The notes under the pieces are model-generated. The model made no database searches and had not been told where the DNA came from. It saw nothing but the letters and a program-made list of their open reading frames with translations. From Nitrospinaceae bacterium (GTDB lineage Bacteria; Nitrospinota; Nitrospinia; Nitrospinales; Nitrospinaceae): a DNA stretch of 64,000 nt. The number at the start of each line of letters is the position of its first letter. The stretch's first letter is position 1. Positions 30,251-40,855 of this stretch are shown in pieces. Both the position numbers and the translations under genes were made by a program. The stretch lies in the NCBI GenBank assembly GCA_965237905.1, contig OZ250172.1, positions 800,001-864,000 of the forward strand, read 5' to 3'.

Positions 30251-31637
30251 CGACTTGAAGACTTTGGTAGCCGCCGTTCAAGGAGAACGTTTGATGGGAG
30301 AACCTTCCCAAAAATTTCAAGGAGTTTCAATCAACACACGAACCCTGAAGCCCGGCGAGTTGTTCTTTTGCATCCAGGGAGACCAGTTCGACGGTCATGA
30401 ATTTTTAAACGATGCGGTCGAAAAAAAGGCGGCAGGCGTGGTGATCTCCGACCGCGCAAAGCTTAAAGAGTCTTTGGTTCAACAAGCAGGCCTCTTTGCG
30501 GTGGCGGTGCCAGACACCATTCATGGTCTCCAGGAACTGGCGGGCTACCACAGAGACCGGTTTTCGGTCCACATGATCGGCATCACCGGCACCAATGGTA
30601 AATCGACCACCAAGGAAATGATCGCGAGTGTATTGAAAATGCGATACCCGACTCTCAAAACAGAAGGCAACTTGAACAACCACATCGGTTTGCCGCTCAC
30701 TTTGCTGGAGCTGAAACCCTCCCATGAAGCGGCGGTGGTGGAAATGGGCATGAGCGGCGCGGGAGAAATCGCACGCCTGGCGGAAATCGCCAAACCCAAG
30801 ATCGGTGTCATCACCAATATTTCCCAGGCCCACATGATCCAATTGAAAACCTTGAAAGACATCCAGGCCGCGAAGAACGAATTGTTTCAGTCCTTGAGTG
30901 AAGAAAGCACTGCCATCGTCAATGCCGACGATCCGCTGGTCTATGAACTGACCAAAAAATTGCGGGCTGGGGTCATTACCTTTGGAATCGACAACCCGGC
31001 TGACGTGCGCGCCACCGATATCCGCCCCAGTGAGGATTCCGGGTATGACTTTACCTTAAACGTTTTGGACAAAGCGATTGCCGTCCACCTGCCCTTTCTC
31101 GGCCGATTCAATATTTATAACGCGCTCGCTGCCGCCGCTGTCGGTCATGCTCTGGACATATCTCCGGGACTGATCAAAACCGGGTTGGGCGTTAAGCACA
31201 AGCTCTCCCAGCGGGGCGAAGCGATCCATTATGGGGACATAGAAGTTCTCAACGACACCTACAACGCCAACCCACAATCCATGCGAGAGGCCATGCAAAC
31301 CCTGAAAGAGCACACCACCGAGGGCAGGAAGTTCCTGGTGATCGGCGACATGCTGGAGTTGGGCGAGAACGAACAGTCCGCCCATCAGCAATTGGGCAAC
31401 GAGGCCGCCGGACATGGGTTCGACTTTTTGGTCACGGTCGGGGAACTGGCAGGGCTGGCTGGAGATGCCGCCGTTGAATCGGGTATGGCGAAAGACCGGG
31501 TGCATAGTTTTAACACCCATCGGGCGGCAGCAGAATTCTTGAAGGCGACCACCCAACCCGGCGATTGCCTGTTGTTCAAGGGATCGCGCGGGTCGCATAT
31601 GGAAACCGTATTAGAAGGTTTAATGCAACAGGAATAG
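30243..31637 (+). CDS. murF: D-Ala-D-Ala adding enzyme
   Basis: GNLNNHIGLP, EMGM, DTYNANP, GDMLELG, KGSRG. Confidence 0.96.
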   Translation: MDSDLKTLVAAVQGERLMGEPSQKFQGVSINTRTLKPGELFFCIQGDQFDGHEFLNDAVEKKAAGVVISDRAKLKESLVQQAGLFAVAVPDTIHGLQELAGYHRDRFSVHMIGITGTNGKSTTKEMIASVLKMRYPTLKTEGNLNNHIGLPLTLLELKPSHEAAVVEMGMSGAGEIARLAEIAKPKIGVITNISQAHMIQLKTLKDIQAAKNELFQSLSEESTAIVNADDPLVYELTKKLRAGVITFGIDNPADVRATDIRPSEDSGYDFTLNVLDKAIAVHLPFLGRFNIYNALAAAAVGHALDISPGLIKTGLGVKHKLSQRGEAIHYGDIEVLNDTYNANPQSMREAMQTLKEHTTEGRKFLVIGDMLELGENEQSAHQQLGNEAAGHGFDFLVTVGELAGLAGDAAVESGMAKDRVHSFNTHRAAAEFLKATTQPGDCLLFKGSRGSHMETVLEGLMQQE

Positions 31638-31645
31638 AGGAAACG

Positions 31646-32731
31646 ATGTTTTATCACTTTTTTTATCCACTCAGCTCGGAATACTCGTTCTTGAACGTGT
31701 TCCGTTACATCACGTTCCGCTCGGCGTGGGCCGGGATTACCGCGCTGGTGCTGTGCCTGCTGCTCGCTCCACACCTGATCCGCTTTTTGCAAAAACTGGA
31801 GATTGGAGAAAAAATCCGGGATGACGGACCGGAACGCCACTTGAGCAAAGCGGGAACACCGACCATGGGCGGGCTGCTGATTCTGTTTGCATTCGTCGTG
31901 TCCACCCTGTTGTGGGCGAACCTCAGCAATATCTATATTTGGGTGGTGGTGTTTGTCGCCGTCGGGTTCGGATTGATCGGGCTGTACGACGATACTTTGA
32001 AATTCCGCAAAGGCGACGGACTCCGGGCGCGGAGTAAAATCATTCTCCAGATGCTGTTGAGTGTGGTCGTTGCCGTGTTCCTGATTTATTACGATCCGGT
32101 AAGAAGCGATTACGCAAGCCAACTGTTTGTTCCCTTCTTCAAGGATTTCACCCCCGACCTCGGCTGGGGGTATCTGGTGTTCATCGTGTTCATCGTCGTC
32201 GGCACCTCCAACGCAGTGAACCTGACCGACGGGCTGGACGGGTTGGCCATCGGCCCCATCATCATCGCCACCGTCACGTTTACGGGCATCGTTTATCTGA
32301 CCGGGCATTTCAAATTTGCGGGTTACCTGAACATCCAGCACATCCGGGAAGCGGGAGAACTCGCCGTGCTCACCTCCGCCATCATCGGAGCCAGCCTGGG
32401 GTTTCTCTGGTACAACAGCTACCCCGCGCAAATATTCATGGGCGATGTTGGCTCCCTTTCTTTAGGCGGTGTCCTCGGCACCATTGCCTGTATCTCCAAA
32501 CAGGAACTGTTATTGATTCCCGTCGGTGGAATTTTCGTTATTGAAGCGTTGTCCGTCATCATTCAGGTCGGATATTTCAAATACACCGGAGGCAAGCGTT
32601 TTTTCAAAATGGCGCCTCTGCATCACCATTTCGAGCAACTCGGCTGGCCGGAACCGAAAGTGATCGTCCGGTTTTGGATCGTCGCGGCGATTCTGGCCAT
32701 CGCCAGCTTGAGTACGCTCAAACTGAGGTAA
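31646..32731 (+). CDS. mraY: Phospho-MurNAc-pentapeptide translocase
   Basis: KAGTPTMGG, NAVNLTDGLDGLA, FMGDVGS, MAPLHHHFE. Confidence 0.98.
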   Translation: MFYHFFYPLSSEYSFLNVFRYITFRSAWAGITALVLCLLLAPHLIRFLQKLEIGEKIRDDGPERHLSKAGTPTMGGLLILFAFVVSTLLWANLSNIYIWVVVFVAVGFGLIGLYDDTLKFRKGDGLRARSKIILQMLLSVVVAVFLIYYDPVRSDYASQLFVPFFKDFTPDLGWGYLVFIVFIVVGTSNAVNLTDGLDGLAIGPIIIATVTFTGIVYLTGHFKFAGYLNIQHIREAGELAVLTSAIIGASLGFLWYNSYPAQIFMGDVGSLSLGGVLGTIACISKQELLLIPVGGIFVIEALSVIIQVGYFKYTGGKRFFKMAPLHHHFEQLGWPEPKVIVRFWIVAAILAIASLSTLKLR

Positions 32732-32734
32732 CAC

Positions 32735-34069
32735 GTGAAGTTTAAGGACAAAAATATTTCCATCATCGGCATGGCGCGCACCGGCATCGCCGCCGCCAAT
32801 TTCCTGGCGGAACAGGGCGCACGCGTGACCGTGCTGGACGGCAAACCCAAAGAAGTGTTGGGCGATGTGCTAAAGCAACTCGCTTCCGGAGTGAACACTG
32901 TTTTCCAATCATCCAAGCCCCTGCCCGATGCGGATCTGGTGATCCTGAGCCCGGGAGTGGACATCGATTCACCGGATTTGGATTCCGCCCGCGAAAGCGG
33001 AACCGAAATTATCAGCGAACTGGAACTGGCGTACCGGGTCAGTGAAACACCGATCATCGCAATCACAGGAACCAACGGTAAGTCCACCACCACTTCCTTG
33101 ATCGGTCACCTGCTGGAACAAGGCGGCAAGGATGTGCGGGTCGGGGGCAACATCGGTGTCCCCTTTGTCTCCCTCGTCAAAGATCCGCCTGAGGATTACA
33201 TGGTTCTGGAAATCAGCAGTTTTCAATTAGAGGGCGCAGTGGAGTTCCATCCCAAAATCAGCGTCATTCTGAACATCACGCCGGACCATCTCGACCGGCA
33301 TAAAACGATCGAGCGCTACGCCGCATTGAAAGAAAGAATCGCCGCCAACCAAACGCACGACGATGTTCTGGTCCTCAACCACGACGATCCCTGGGTGCAT
33401 CGCGTCGCGGTAGGGAAACTGTCGCAGAAATGGACCTTCAGCATGAGCGGGCCGGTGGAGCGGGGTTGTTATTTAAACGGAGACCTCGTCCTGTTTAAAG
33501 ACGGCGGAAAAGAAGAGACGATCTGCCGCATCGGCGAATTGCATCAGGCTCTGCAGTGGCAAGTAGAAAATATTCTGCCTTCGGCACTGGTCGCCCGGCT
33601 GGCGGGAATCGATGCCACTTCCATCGCAAAGACCCTGCGCGAATTTAAAGGACTGGAGCACCGCCTGGAATGGGTACGCTCCCTCAACGGTGTCGATTTT
33701 ATCAATGACTCCAAGGGCACCAACATCGGCGCACTGGAAAAATCGCTCAACAGTTTCGATCGGCCCGTTGTATTGATCGCGGGTGGACAGGATAAAGGCG
33801 GAGATTTTCAATCATTGAAACCGCTGTTCAAAAAGAAGGTCAAGCACATGGTGCTGATCGGGGAAGCCCGTCCCAAGATTCAGGCGGTCCTGAACGGATC
33901 GTTCGGGTACGAGAGTGCGGACGACATGGAAACCGCGGTGCGCCGGGCCTACGCCCAGGCTCAACCGGGAGACGTGGTTCTGCTTTCTCCGGCATGTGCC
34001 AGTTTCGATATGTTCCGGGACTACGCGGACCGGGGCCAACAATTTAAAGGATACGTGCAATCTCTTTGA
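32735..34069 (+). CDS. murD: UDP-MurNAc-L-Ala:D-Glu ligase
   Basis: SPGV, EISSFQL, DHLDRH, NDSKGTN, LSPACASFD. Confidence 0.97.
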   Translation: MKFKDKNISIIGMARTGIAAANFLAEQGARVTVLDGKPKEVLGDVLKQLASGVNTVFQSSKPLPDADLVILSPGVDIDSPDLDSARESGTEIISELELAYRVSETPIIAITGTNGKSTTTSLIGHLLEQGGKDVRVGGNIGVPFVSLVKDPPEDYMVLEISSFQLEGAVEFHPKISVILNITPDHLDRHKTIERYAALKERIAANQTHDDVLVLNHDDPWVHRVAVGKLSQKWTFSMSGPVERGCYLNGDLVLFKDGGKEETICRIGELHQALQWQVENILPSALVARLAGIDATSIAKTLREFKGLEHRLEWVRSLNGVDFINDSKGTNIGALEKSLNSFDRPVVLIAGGQDKGGDFQSLKPLFKKKVKHMVLIGEARPKIQAVLNGSFGYESADDMETAVRRAYAQAQPGDVVLLSPACASFDMFRDYADRGQQFKGYVQSL

Positions 34070-34124
34070 GGTTCGTAAACCTTGAGTATCAGAGAAACAC
34101 ATTTGAAGTCATTAGAGGAAATGC

Positions 34125-35237
34125 GTGAGTACTCATCGAAAAAAACAATACGGATGCGATTCCACGTTGGCGTGGACCCTCGCCGCGCTCATTCTGGGGG
34201 GGATCGTCATGGTCTTCAGCTCCAGCGCCGTGCACGCCCAGGAAACGTATCAGGATTCGTTTTACCTGCTGAAGCGCCACATCACGTGGGTCCTGTTGGG
34301 AACCGGACTGCTCATCTTCGCGCGCAAGTTCGATTATCACCGGTGGGAAAAACTGACGCTCCCCATCATGGCGGTAACCTTTCTTTTATTACTGGCGGTC
34401 ATGGTGCCCGCGCTCAGCAAGGAAGTGGGCGGCGCACGGCGGTGGCTGACGCTCGGCGGGTTTTCCCTGCAACCGTCGGAGATTGCCAAGTTCACCGTCA
34501 TCCTGTTCATCGCCAAGTCGATGGTAAAACGCGCCGAGAAACTGAAGAGTTTCGCCTACGGCTATCTGCCCAACCTGATCGTGCTGGGAATTTTTTTCCT
34601 GTTGATCCTTCTGCAACCGGACTTCGGCACCGCCATGATCATTTCCATCGTGGCGTTCGTCATGTTGTATGTCGCCGGGATTCAAAAGAAGTTCCTGTTC
34701 TATTCCGTGCTGGCAGTCATTCCGTTTCTGGTTACCGCGGTGATGGGCGCGCAATACCGCACACGGCGCATCCTTTCATTTCTCGATCCCTGGGCCGACC
34801 CTTCGGATACGGGCTTTCAGGCCATCCAGTCGTTTCTGGCGTTCGGGCGCGGCGGCATCTGGGGACTCGGATTGGGAGACAGCCGGCAAAAACTATTTTA
34901 CCTGCCGGAAGCGCATACCGATTTCATCTTCTCCGTGATCGGGGAAGAGCTGGGAATTATGGGCACGCTGGGAATCATCCTGCTGTTCGGCATATTGATC
35001 TGGCGGGGATTCACCATCGCGTCGCAAGCCAAGGATTTATACGGCACGCATCTGGCCATCGGATTGACTCTGCTGGTCGGCGTGCAGGCCTTCACCAATA
35101 TGGGTGTGGCGGTCGGTGTTCTGCCGACCAAAGGGTTGACGCTTCCATTCATCAGTCTGGGCGGATCGTCCCTGCTGATCACGCTGTTGTGCATGGGAGT
35201 TCTGTTGAACATATCGGACCATTCGGTCCGGCGTTGA
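34125..35237 (+). CDS. ftsW: SEDS peptidoglycan polymerase FtsW
   Basis: GARRW, QPSEIAK, QPDFG, LPEAHTDF, LPFISLGGSS. Confidence 0.96.
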   Translation: MSTHRKKQYGCDSTLAWTLAALILGGIVMVFSSSAVHAQETYQDSFYLLKRHITWVLLGTGLLIFARKFDYHRWEKLTLPIMAVTFLLLLAVMVPALSKEVGGARRWLTLGGFSLQPSEIAKFTVILFIAKSMVKRAEKLKSFAYGYLPNLIVLGIFFLLILLQPDFGTAMIISIVAFVMLYVAGIQKKFLFYSVLAVIPFLVTAVMGAQYRTRRILSFLDPWADPSDTGFQAIQSFLAFGRGGIWGLGLGDSRQKLFYLPEAHTDFIFSVIGEELGIMGTLGIILLFGILIWRGFTIASQAKDLYGTHLAIGLTLLVGVQAFTNMGVAVGVLPTKGLTLPFISLGGSSLLITLLCMGVLLNISDHSVRR

Positions 35238-35247
35238 ATTATTAGTA

Positions 35248-36339
35248 ATGGCGAACTCAGTCGTTATAGCGGGCGGCGGGACCGGAGGACATCTCTATCC
35301 CGGCATTGCCCTGGCGAAAGCGCTTATGAAGCACGATGCAGACATTCAAATCACGTTCATCGGTACCCGGCAGGGAATCGAGTCCCACGTCCTGCCGCGC
35401 GAAGGGCTCCCGTTGAAAACAATATTGTCCGGAGGCCTGCTGGGTAAAAAAGGAATCGGACGGCTGGTCAACTGGCTCAAACTGCCGGTCAGCATTCTGC
35501 AATCGACGGGGTATTTGTTAATGAACCGTCCGCGACTTGTGGTGGGAGTCGGCGGTTATGTCTCCGGTCCTGCGGCGCTATCGGCATGGGTGCTCCGCAT
35601 CCCGGTGTTGATTCACGAACAAAACACAGTGCCCGGCGCAACCAACCGCTGGCTGGGCAAAATCGCCGACAAAGTGGCTATCACCTTTGAGATGTCCAAA
35701 AAATACTTTCCCGCCCACAAGGTGGTGGAAACCGGAAACATGATCCGCGAAGAATTCACCGAAGCGAAAGCGGCCAACATCCCCACCTCCGATCATTTCA
35801 CGGTGCTGGTGCTGGGCGGAAGCCAGGGAGCGCAGTCCATCAATCGCGCTCTGCTGGACGCGCTGGATAGGCTGGCGCCGGTGAAGGATCGTCTACACAT
35901 CATCCACCAGACGGGACAAACCGACGAAGCCGAAGTACGGGCGGGTTACGAACGCAAAGGGTTTTCCGCCGACGCACGGGCATTCATCTACGACATGGCG
36001 GAGCAATACCGCAAGGCATCGCTGATCATCTGCCGGTCCGGCGCGACGACCCTGGCAGAAGTGACGGCATTGGGGATCCCCTCGGTGCTGGTGCCCTACC
36101 CTTTCGCGGCACACAACCATCAGGAACACAACGCGCGCGCTTTGGAATCCAACGGCGCGGCGCGGGTCATTCTCGATAAAGACGTCAACGGCGAACAGTT
36201 GGCAGGAATTATTCTGGACGGCATCGAACATCCCGAAGCATTACGGGAGATAGGGAACAAGAGTTTTCAAATGGGACGGCGCGACGCCACCGAACGTGTC
36301 CGCCAATTGTGCATGGAACTGATGCGCAGTCCCAATTGA
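35248..36339 (+). CDS. murG: Lipid II GlcNAc transferase
   Basis: GGGTGGH, HEQN, GGSQGA, RSGATT. Confidence 0.97.
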   Translation: MANSVVIAGGGTGGHLYPGIALAKALMKHDADIQITFIGTRQGIESHVLPREGLPLKTILSGGLLGKKGIGRLVNWLKLPVSILQSTGYLLMNRPRLVVGVGGYVSGPAALSAWVLRIPVLIHEQNTVPGATNRWLGKIADKVAITFEMSKKYFPAHKVVETGNMIREEFTEAKAANIPTSDHFTVLVLGGSQGAQSINRALLDALDRLAPVKDRLHIIHQTGQTDEAEVRAGYERKGFSADARAFIYDMAEQYRKASLIICRSGATTLAEVTALGIPSVLVPYPFAAHNHQEHNARALESNGAARVILDKDVNGEQLAGIILDGIEHPEALREIGNKSFQMGRRDATERVRQLCMELMRSPN

Positions 36340-36382
36340 GTCATTGAAGCAACACGCAGGACCCAGGAAATTATGAGGCTAT

Positions 36383-37792
36383 ATGTTTTTAGGCAAAACC
36401 AAACGGATTCACTTTATCGGTATCGGAGGTTCCGGCATGAGCGGCATTGCTGAAGTACTGATCAACGAGGGTTACGAAGTCACCGGGTCGGACAAGTCCC
36501 GGTCGAATGTGACCGAGTACCTGGAAAAAATCGGTGCCCGCATCGCCTACGAGCACCACGCAAAGAACGTGGACGGATGCCAGGTAGTGGTGACCTCCAC
36601 AGCCGTCAAACCGGACAACGTGGAAGTGCAATCGGCCCGCAAGCAGACCATCCCCGTAATCCGGCGCGCCGAGATGCTGGCCGAACTGATGCGGATGAAG
36701 CAGGGCATCGCCATCGCCGGCACCCACGGCAAAACCACGACCACCTCGTTGGTCGCGACCGTTCTGGCGGGTGGCAACCTCGATCCCACCGTCATTATCG
36801 GCGGCAAACTTAAAAGTGCGGGAAGCCACGCCAAAATGGGGCAGAGCGAGTTTCTGGTGGCGGAAGCGGATGAAAGCGACGGTTCCTTTTTGAAACTGAC
36901 GCCGACCTTCGCCGTGGTCACCACACTGGATGAAGAACACATGGACTTTTACAAGACGCTCGACAACATGAAGGAAGCGTTTCTGACGTTCCTCAATAAA
37001 ATACCGTTCTACGGCACATCGGTGCTGTGTCTGGACGAACCCAATATCCAGTCTCTTATTCCCAAACTGGAGAAACGGTTTATCACTTATGGACTGGTGA
37101 GCCAGGGGGATTATACGGCACGAAACATCCGGGTGAAGGGATTGGACGCACAGTTCGACGTGTTTTATCTCGGTGATGAGTTGGGAACGATTCACTCCGT
37201 CGCTCCCGGCAAACATAACGTGCTGAACACGCTGGCGGCGGTCGCAGTGGGCATGGAACTCAACCTGACGTTTGACACCATCGCCCAGTCACTCAAACAA
37301 TTTACGGGTGTTCAACGGCGCTTCGAAGTCCACCACAACACCGATTCTCTGGTGGTGGTCGACGATTACGGTCATCACCCGGTTGAAATCGAAGCCACGT
37401 TGAAAACGGCCAAGGAAGTGTGGCCGGACCGGAGACTGGTGGTGGTGTTTCAACCGCACCGCTATTCCCGAACCCAGACCCAGATGGAACACTTCTGGTC
37501 CGCGTTCAACGATTCAGACCATTTGATCATCAACGACATTTTCCCCGCCGGAGAGGAGCCCATTGAGGGCATTCACTCCAAGGGAATCGTGGACGGCATC
37601 CGGAAATTCGGACACAAAAACGCTGAACATGTTGCAACACCTAAGGAAACTTTGAAACGCTTGTCCCAGATTCTGCAACCCGGCGATGTCTTCATGACAC
37701 TCGGCGCGGGTAATGTGTGGGAACTGGGGCGCGATCTGCTTGCCAACCTTCCCGAGCGGCTCCGCGAGGGAAAACCTGGAAAGGATAGTTAA
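36383..37792 (+). CDS. murC: UDP-MurNAc:L-Ala ligase
   Basis: GIGGSGMS, GTHGKTTT, EADESD, DDYGHHP, FQPHRYSR. Confidence 0.98.
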   Translation: MFLGKTKRIHFIGIGGSGMSGIAEVLINEGYEVTGSDKSRSNVTEYLEKIGARIAYEHHAKNVDGCQVVVTSTAVKPDNVEVQSARKQTIPVIRRAEMLAELMRMKQGIAIAGTHGKTTTTSLVATVLAGGNLDPTVIIGGKLKSAGSHAKMGQSEFLVAEADESDGSFLKLTPTFAVVTTLDEEHMDFYKTLDNMKEAFLTFLNKIPFYGTSVLCLDEPNIQSLIPKLEKRFITYGLVSQGDYTARNIRVKGLDAQFDVFYLGDELGTIHSVAPGKHNVLNTLAAVAVGMELNLTFDTIAQSLKQFTGVQRRFEVHHNTDSLVVVDDYGHHPVEIEATLKTAKEVWPDRRLVVVFQPHRYSRTQTQMEHFWSAFNDSDHLIINDIFPAGEEPIEGIHSKGIVDGIRKFGHKNAEHVATPKETLKRLSQILQPGDVFMTLGAGNVWELGRDLLANLPERLREGKPGKDS

Positions 37793-37927
37793 TTCATGCT
37801 GAACAATCCTTGGAAAACCCGACTCATACGCTTTGCTCACCTGCATCAGGGACAAAGCGTACCGATGGCAACTTTGACCGGATCGTCTCGCACGATCATG
37901 GGAAGAACAATTCACAAGAGAACCTTT

Positions 37928-38854
37928 ATGAGCCCTTCCACAAACTGGTTGAACCGAATTAAAGGAGAAATCCGGTACGATGAACCTATCTCCAATCATA
38001 CCTCTCTGCGTGTCGGAGGTCCGGCGGATATCTTCATCATCCCCAAGGACGTGTCGGACCTGCAACTCATTTTCAAAAACCACGGGGACATGCCGTTATT
38101 CATCCTGGGAGAAGGCACGAACCTCATCATGAACGACAAAGGTTTCCGGGGCATCGTCATCTCCACCAAAAACCGCTTCAAGTCGATCGAGCCTCCCTTG
38201 TTTTTCAAAAAAACCACAGGGGAAGAAGGCGCCGTGATCACTGCGGGCGCCGCCGCCAAGATGTCTTATCTGGTCAAGAATCTTGCGAAATACTCCCTGA
38301 CCGGAATGGAAAATCTGGTGGGCATTCCTGGTTCTCTCGGCGGCGCGCTGATCATGAACGCGGGCGCGGACGGCACGGAAATCTGCGATGTGATTCGGAG
38401 CGTCACCCGCGTCAATACGGAAGGCGATCTGGAAACTCTGAAAAAATCGGAACTGCAATTCGAGTACCGCAAGACCACCTTCCCCACGAAAGGCGGCATC
38501 ATCGTATCCGCGGAACTGGAATTGAAAAAAGGCGACCACACGAAAATCCAAAACACCATCGACAGTCATCTGGTCCGCCGCAAAAATAAACAACCGCTGT
38601 CTCTGCCCAACTCGGGCTCGGTATTCAAGAATCCAGAAGGCGACGCAGCGGGACGCCTTATCGAGGAAGCGGGATTGAAAGGATTCAGTATCGGTGACGC
38701 CGGCGTATCGATCAAGCACGCCAACTTCATCGTCAATAAAGGGGACGCCCAGGCTTCGGAGGTGATCGAAATCATCGAACATGTCCGGGCCACGGTTCTG
38801 GAAAAAACCGGTGTGGAACTGGAAACCGAAGTGATTATCGTCGGCGAACGGTAA
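37928..38854 (+). CDS. murB: UDP-N-acetylenolpyruvoylglucosamine reductase
   Basis: VGGPAD, GIPGSLGGA.IMNAG, SGSVFKNP, KHANFIVN. Confidence 0.96.
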   Translation: MSPSTNWLNRIKGEIRYDEPISNHTSLRVGGPADIFIIPKDVSDLQLIFKNHGDMPLFILGEGTNLIMNDKGFRGIVISTKNRFKSIEPPLFFKKTTGEEGAVITAGAAAKMSYLVKNLAKYSLTGMENLVGIPGSLGGALIMNAGADGTEICDVIRSVTRVNTEGDLETLKKSELQFEYRKTTFPTKGGIIVSAELELKKGDHTKIQNTIDSHLVRRKNKQPLSLPNSGSVFKNPEGDAAGRLIEEAGLKGFSIGDAGVSIKHANFIVNKGDAQASEVIEIIEHVRATVLEKTGVELETEVIIVGER

Positions 38855-38971
38855 AGGGCGCATTGGAGAGCGCCTGATTGGAAATTTTGATGAACATGGT
38901 CCGTTAACAAAGGTACCCCTCCTTCCTTTGTCCCCGGTCCTTGGCCAAGGACCGGGGGCGGACCGTTAAAT

Positions 38972-39913
38972 TTGAGGGTAAGGAAAAGTTTGTTGGAGCA
39001 ATTGAAACAAAAAACAATCGGTGTGTTGATGGGGGGACTTTCCCCGGAGCGGGAGGTTTCATTAACTTCGGGGCAGGAGATCTTCAACGCCATCCAGAGG
39101 AAAGGATTGAATGCTGAGATGATCGACGTGGACCACAACATCGGCGCCACCCTGGCGGAGCGAAAGATCGACCTGGCCTGCATCGCACTGCACGGCACCT
39201 GGGGTGAGGACGGCACGATTCAGGGGATTCTGGAATATCTCAAAATCCCTTACAGCGGCTCGGACGTTCTGGGGAGTGCCATCGCGTACAACAAGGTGGT
39301 GTCCAAGGAGATATTCATGGAACGCGGCATCCCCACGGCACCGTACCAAGTGGTCACCGCCGAAGACCGAGGCCAAGTGAAGAGAACGCTGGATTTGCCG
39401 GTGGTGGTGAAACCTGCCGACCAGGGATCGAGCATCGGCGTCAGTATTGTCCGCATGGAATCCCAATGGAAAGCGGCACTCGACGAGGCATTCGAGGTTT
39501 CGGAGGAAATTCTTATCGAACAATTCATCGAAGGCAAACTGCTGGCAATAGGGATGAACGGACCATTACCCATGCCGATCGTGGAGATCGTTCCCAAATC
39601 GGGTTTCTATGATTACGAAGCGAAATACACCGAGGGCAAAACGGATTATGTGTGCCCGGCACAATTGACCTCGAAGGAAGCACAACAGTGCCGTGACGCA
39701 TCGGTCCGGGTGTTCAAGGCCCTCAAGGGCCGGGGGTTCCCGCGCGTGGATGTGATTCTGGACAAGGGCACTCCTTACGTTCTCGAAATGAACACCATAC
39801 CGGGTATGACGCCCACCAGCCTGCTTCCCATGGCGGCGCGCCAGGCGGGTCTGGAATTCGATGACCTGGTGATCGAAATTTTAAAAAGCGCACAACTGGA
39901 TTACAAAAACTAG
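38972..39913 (+). CDS. ddl: D-alanine-D-alanine ligase
   Basis: GGLSPEREVS, LHGTWGEDG, GSSIG, YDYEAKY, EMNTIPGMT. Confidence 0.97.
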   Translation: MRVRKSLLEQLKQKTIGVLMGGLSPEREVSLTSGQEIFNAIQRKGLNAEMIDVDHNIGATLAERKIDLACIALHGTWGEDGTIQGILEYLKIPYSGSDVLGSAIAYNKVVSKEIFMERGIPTAPYQVVTAEDRGQVKRTLDLPVVVKPADQGSSIGVSIVRMESQWKAALDEAFEVSEEILIEQFIEGKLLAIGMNGPLPMPIVEIVPKSGFYDYEAKYTEGKTDYVCPAQLTSKEAQQCRDASVRVFKALKGRGFPRVDVILDKGTPYVLEMNTIPGMTPTSLLPMAARQAGLEFDDLVIEILKSAQLDYKN

Positions 39914-39919
39914 AACACG

Positions 39920-40831
39920 ATGATGAATTATACCTTGAACAAACCCAAAGGATCCCGCCTGAACTGGGGAGAAGTCCATTCGCGCCAGCGGAAAAACCAT
40001 AAACGTCCGAGCAAAGTTCTTAAAGGACGCAAAATCAAAAACCGCCAGACCGGGTTCCGGGATATGGCTAAAACCTGGCTGGATGTGACCGCCAAAGCGG
40101 TCCTGGTCATGATCATGGGTTATGGGGCGTTTCATGGATACCGGTTTGTCACCACCGCACCGCAGTTCGCTGTGGCACAAATCAATTTCTCCGGGAACGA
40201 GAAGGTCAGCCTGTCCACCCTGGAAAACATGGTCCAGCCGCTGATGGGTCAAAACATTTTCCAGCTCAATCTGCAGTCCATCACCGAACGGTTCAAGGCC
40301 AATCCATGGATTGAAAATGTTTCCACAGTTCGGCGATTGCCCAGTGAAATCCGCATTCAGGTTCAGGAACGAACACCGTTCGCACGGATCCAGTTGGATA
40401 AAACTTATTTGATGGATCATTACGGAGTATTGATCGTTCCCGATAATAAAAAATACGATGCCCTGCCCCTGATCACGGGAGTGAAAGTACGCCGGGTAGA
40501 GCTGGGCAACGAAATCCCGGTGGCGGGAATCGTGCCGGGATTACAGGCCATGCATTTCATGAATCAACTGGGCGCGTTCAAGAACGATCCCATACAGAAA
40601 TTTCATATGTCCAGTCCACGCAAGCTGGTATTCACCACCGAGAGCCGGGGAATCGATATCTATCTGGCAGTGGACCGGATTCAGGAAGGTTTTGAAAATT
40701 TGAAAATAATACTCGACGCCATGGATTCCAACCTCTCCGGAATTCATTACATCGACCTGTCCTTCAAGGACAAGGTGGTGGTCAAGCGAAACCGGATGGA
40801 ACCACGGCGCGGGATCGTACACAAGATTTAA
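39920..40831 (+). CDS. ftsQ: Cell division protein FtsQ
   Basis: TM, POTRA (NPWIENVSTVRRLP), YIDLSF; dcw position. Confidence 0.92.
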   Translation: MMNYTLNKPKGSRLNWGEVHSRQRKNHKRPSKVLKGRKIKNRQTGFRDMAKTWLDVTAKAVLVMIMGYGAFHGYRFVTTAPQFAVAQINFSGNEKVSLSTLENMVQPLMGQNIFQLNLQSITERFKANPWIENVSTVRRLPSEIRIQVQERTPFARIQLDKTYLMDHYGVLIVPDNKKYDALPLITGVKVRRVELGNEIPVAGIVPGLQAMHFMNQLGAFKNDPIQKFHMSSPRKLVFTTESRGIDIYLAVDRIQEGFENLKIILDAMDSNLSGIHYIDLSFKDKVVVKRNRMEPRRGIVHKI

Positions 40832-40855
40832 CCGTTTTTTGAAAAGGGGACACAC

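Noticed and set aside
34082..35245. 387-aa alternative-frame ORF over ftsW
   Set aside because: Same-strand off-frame ORF with Arg/His/Pro-rich non-protein-like composition
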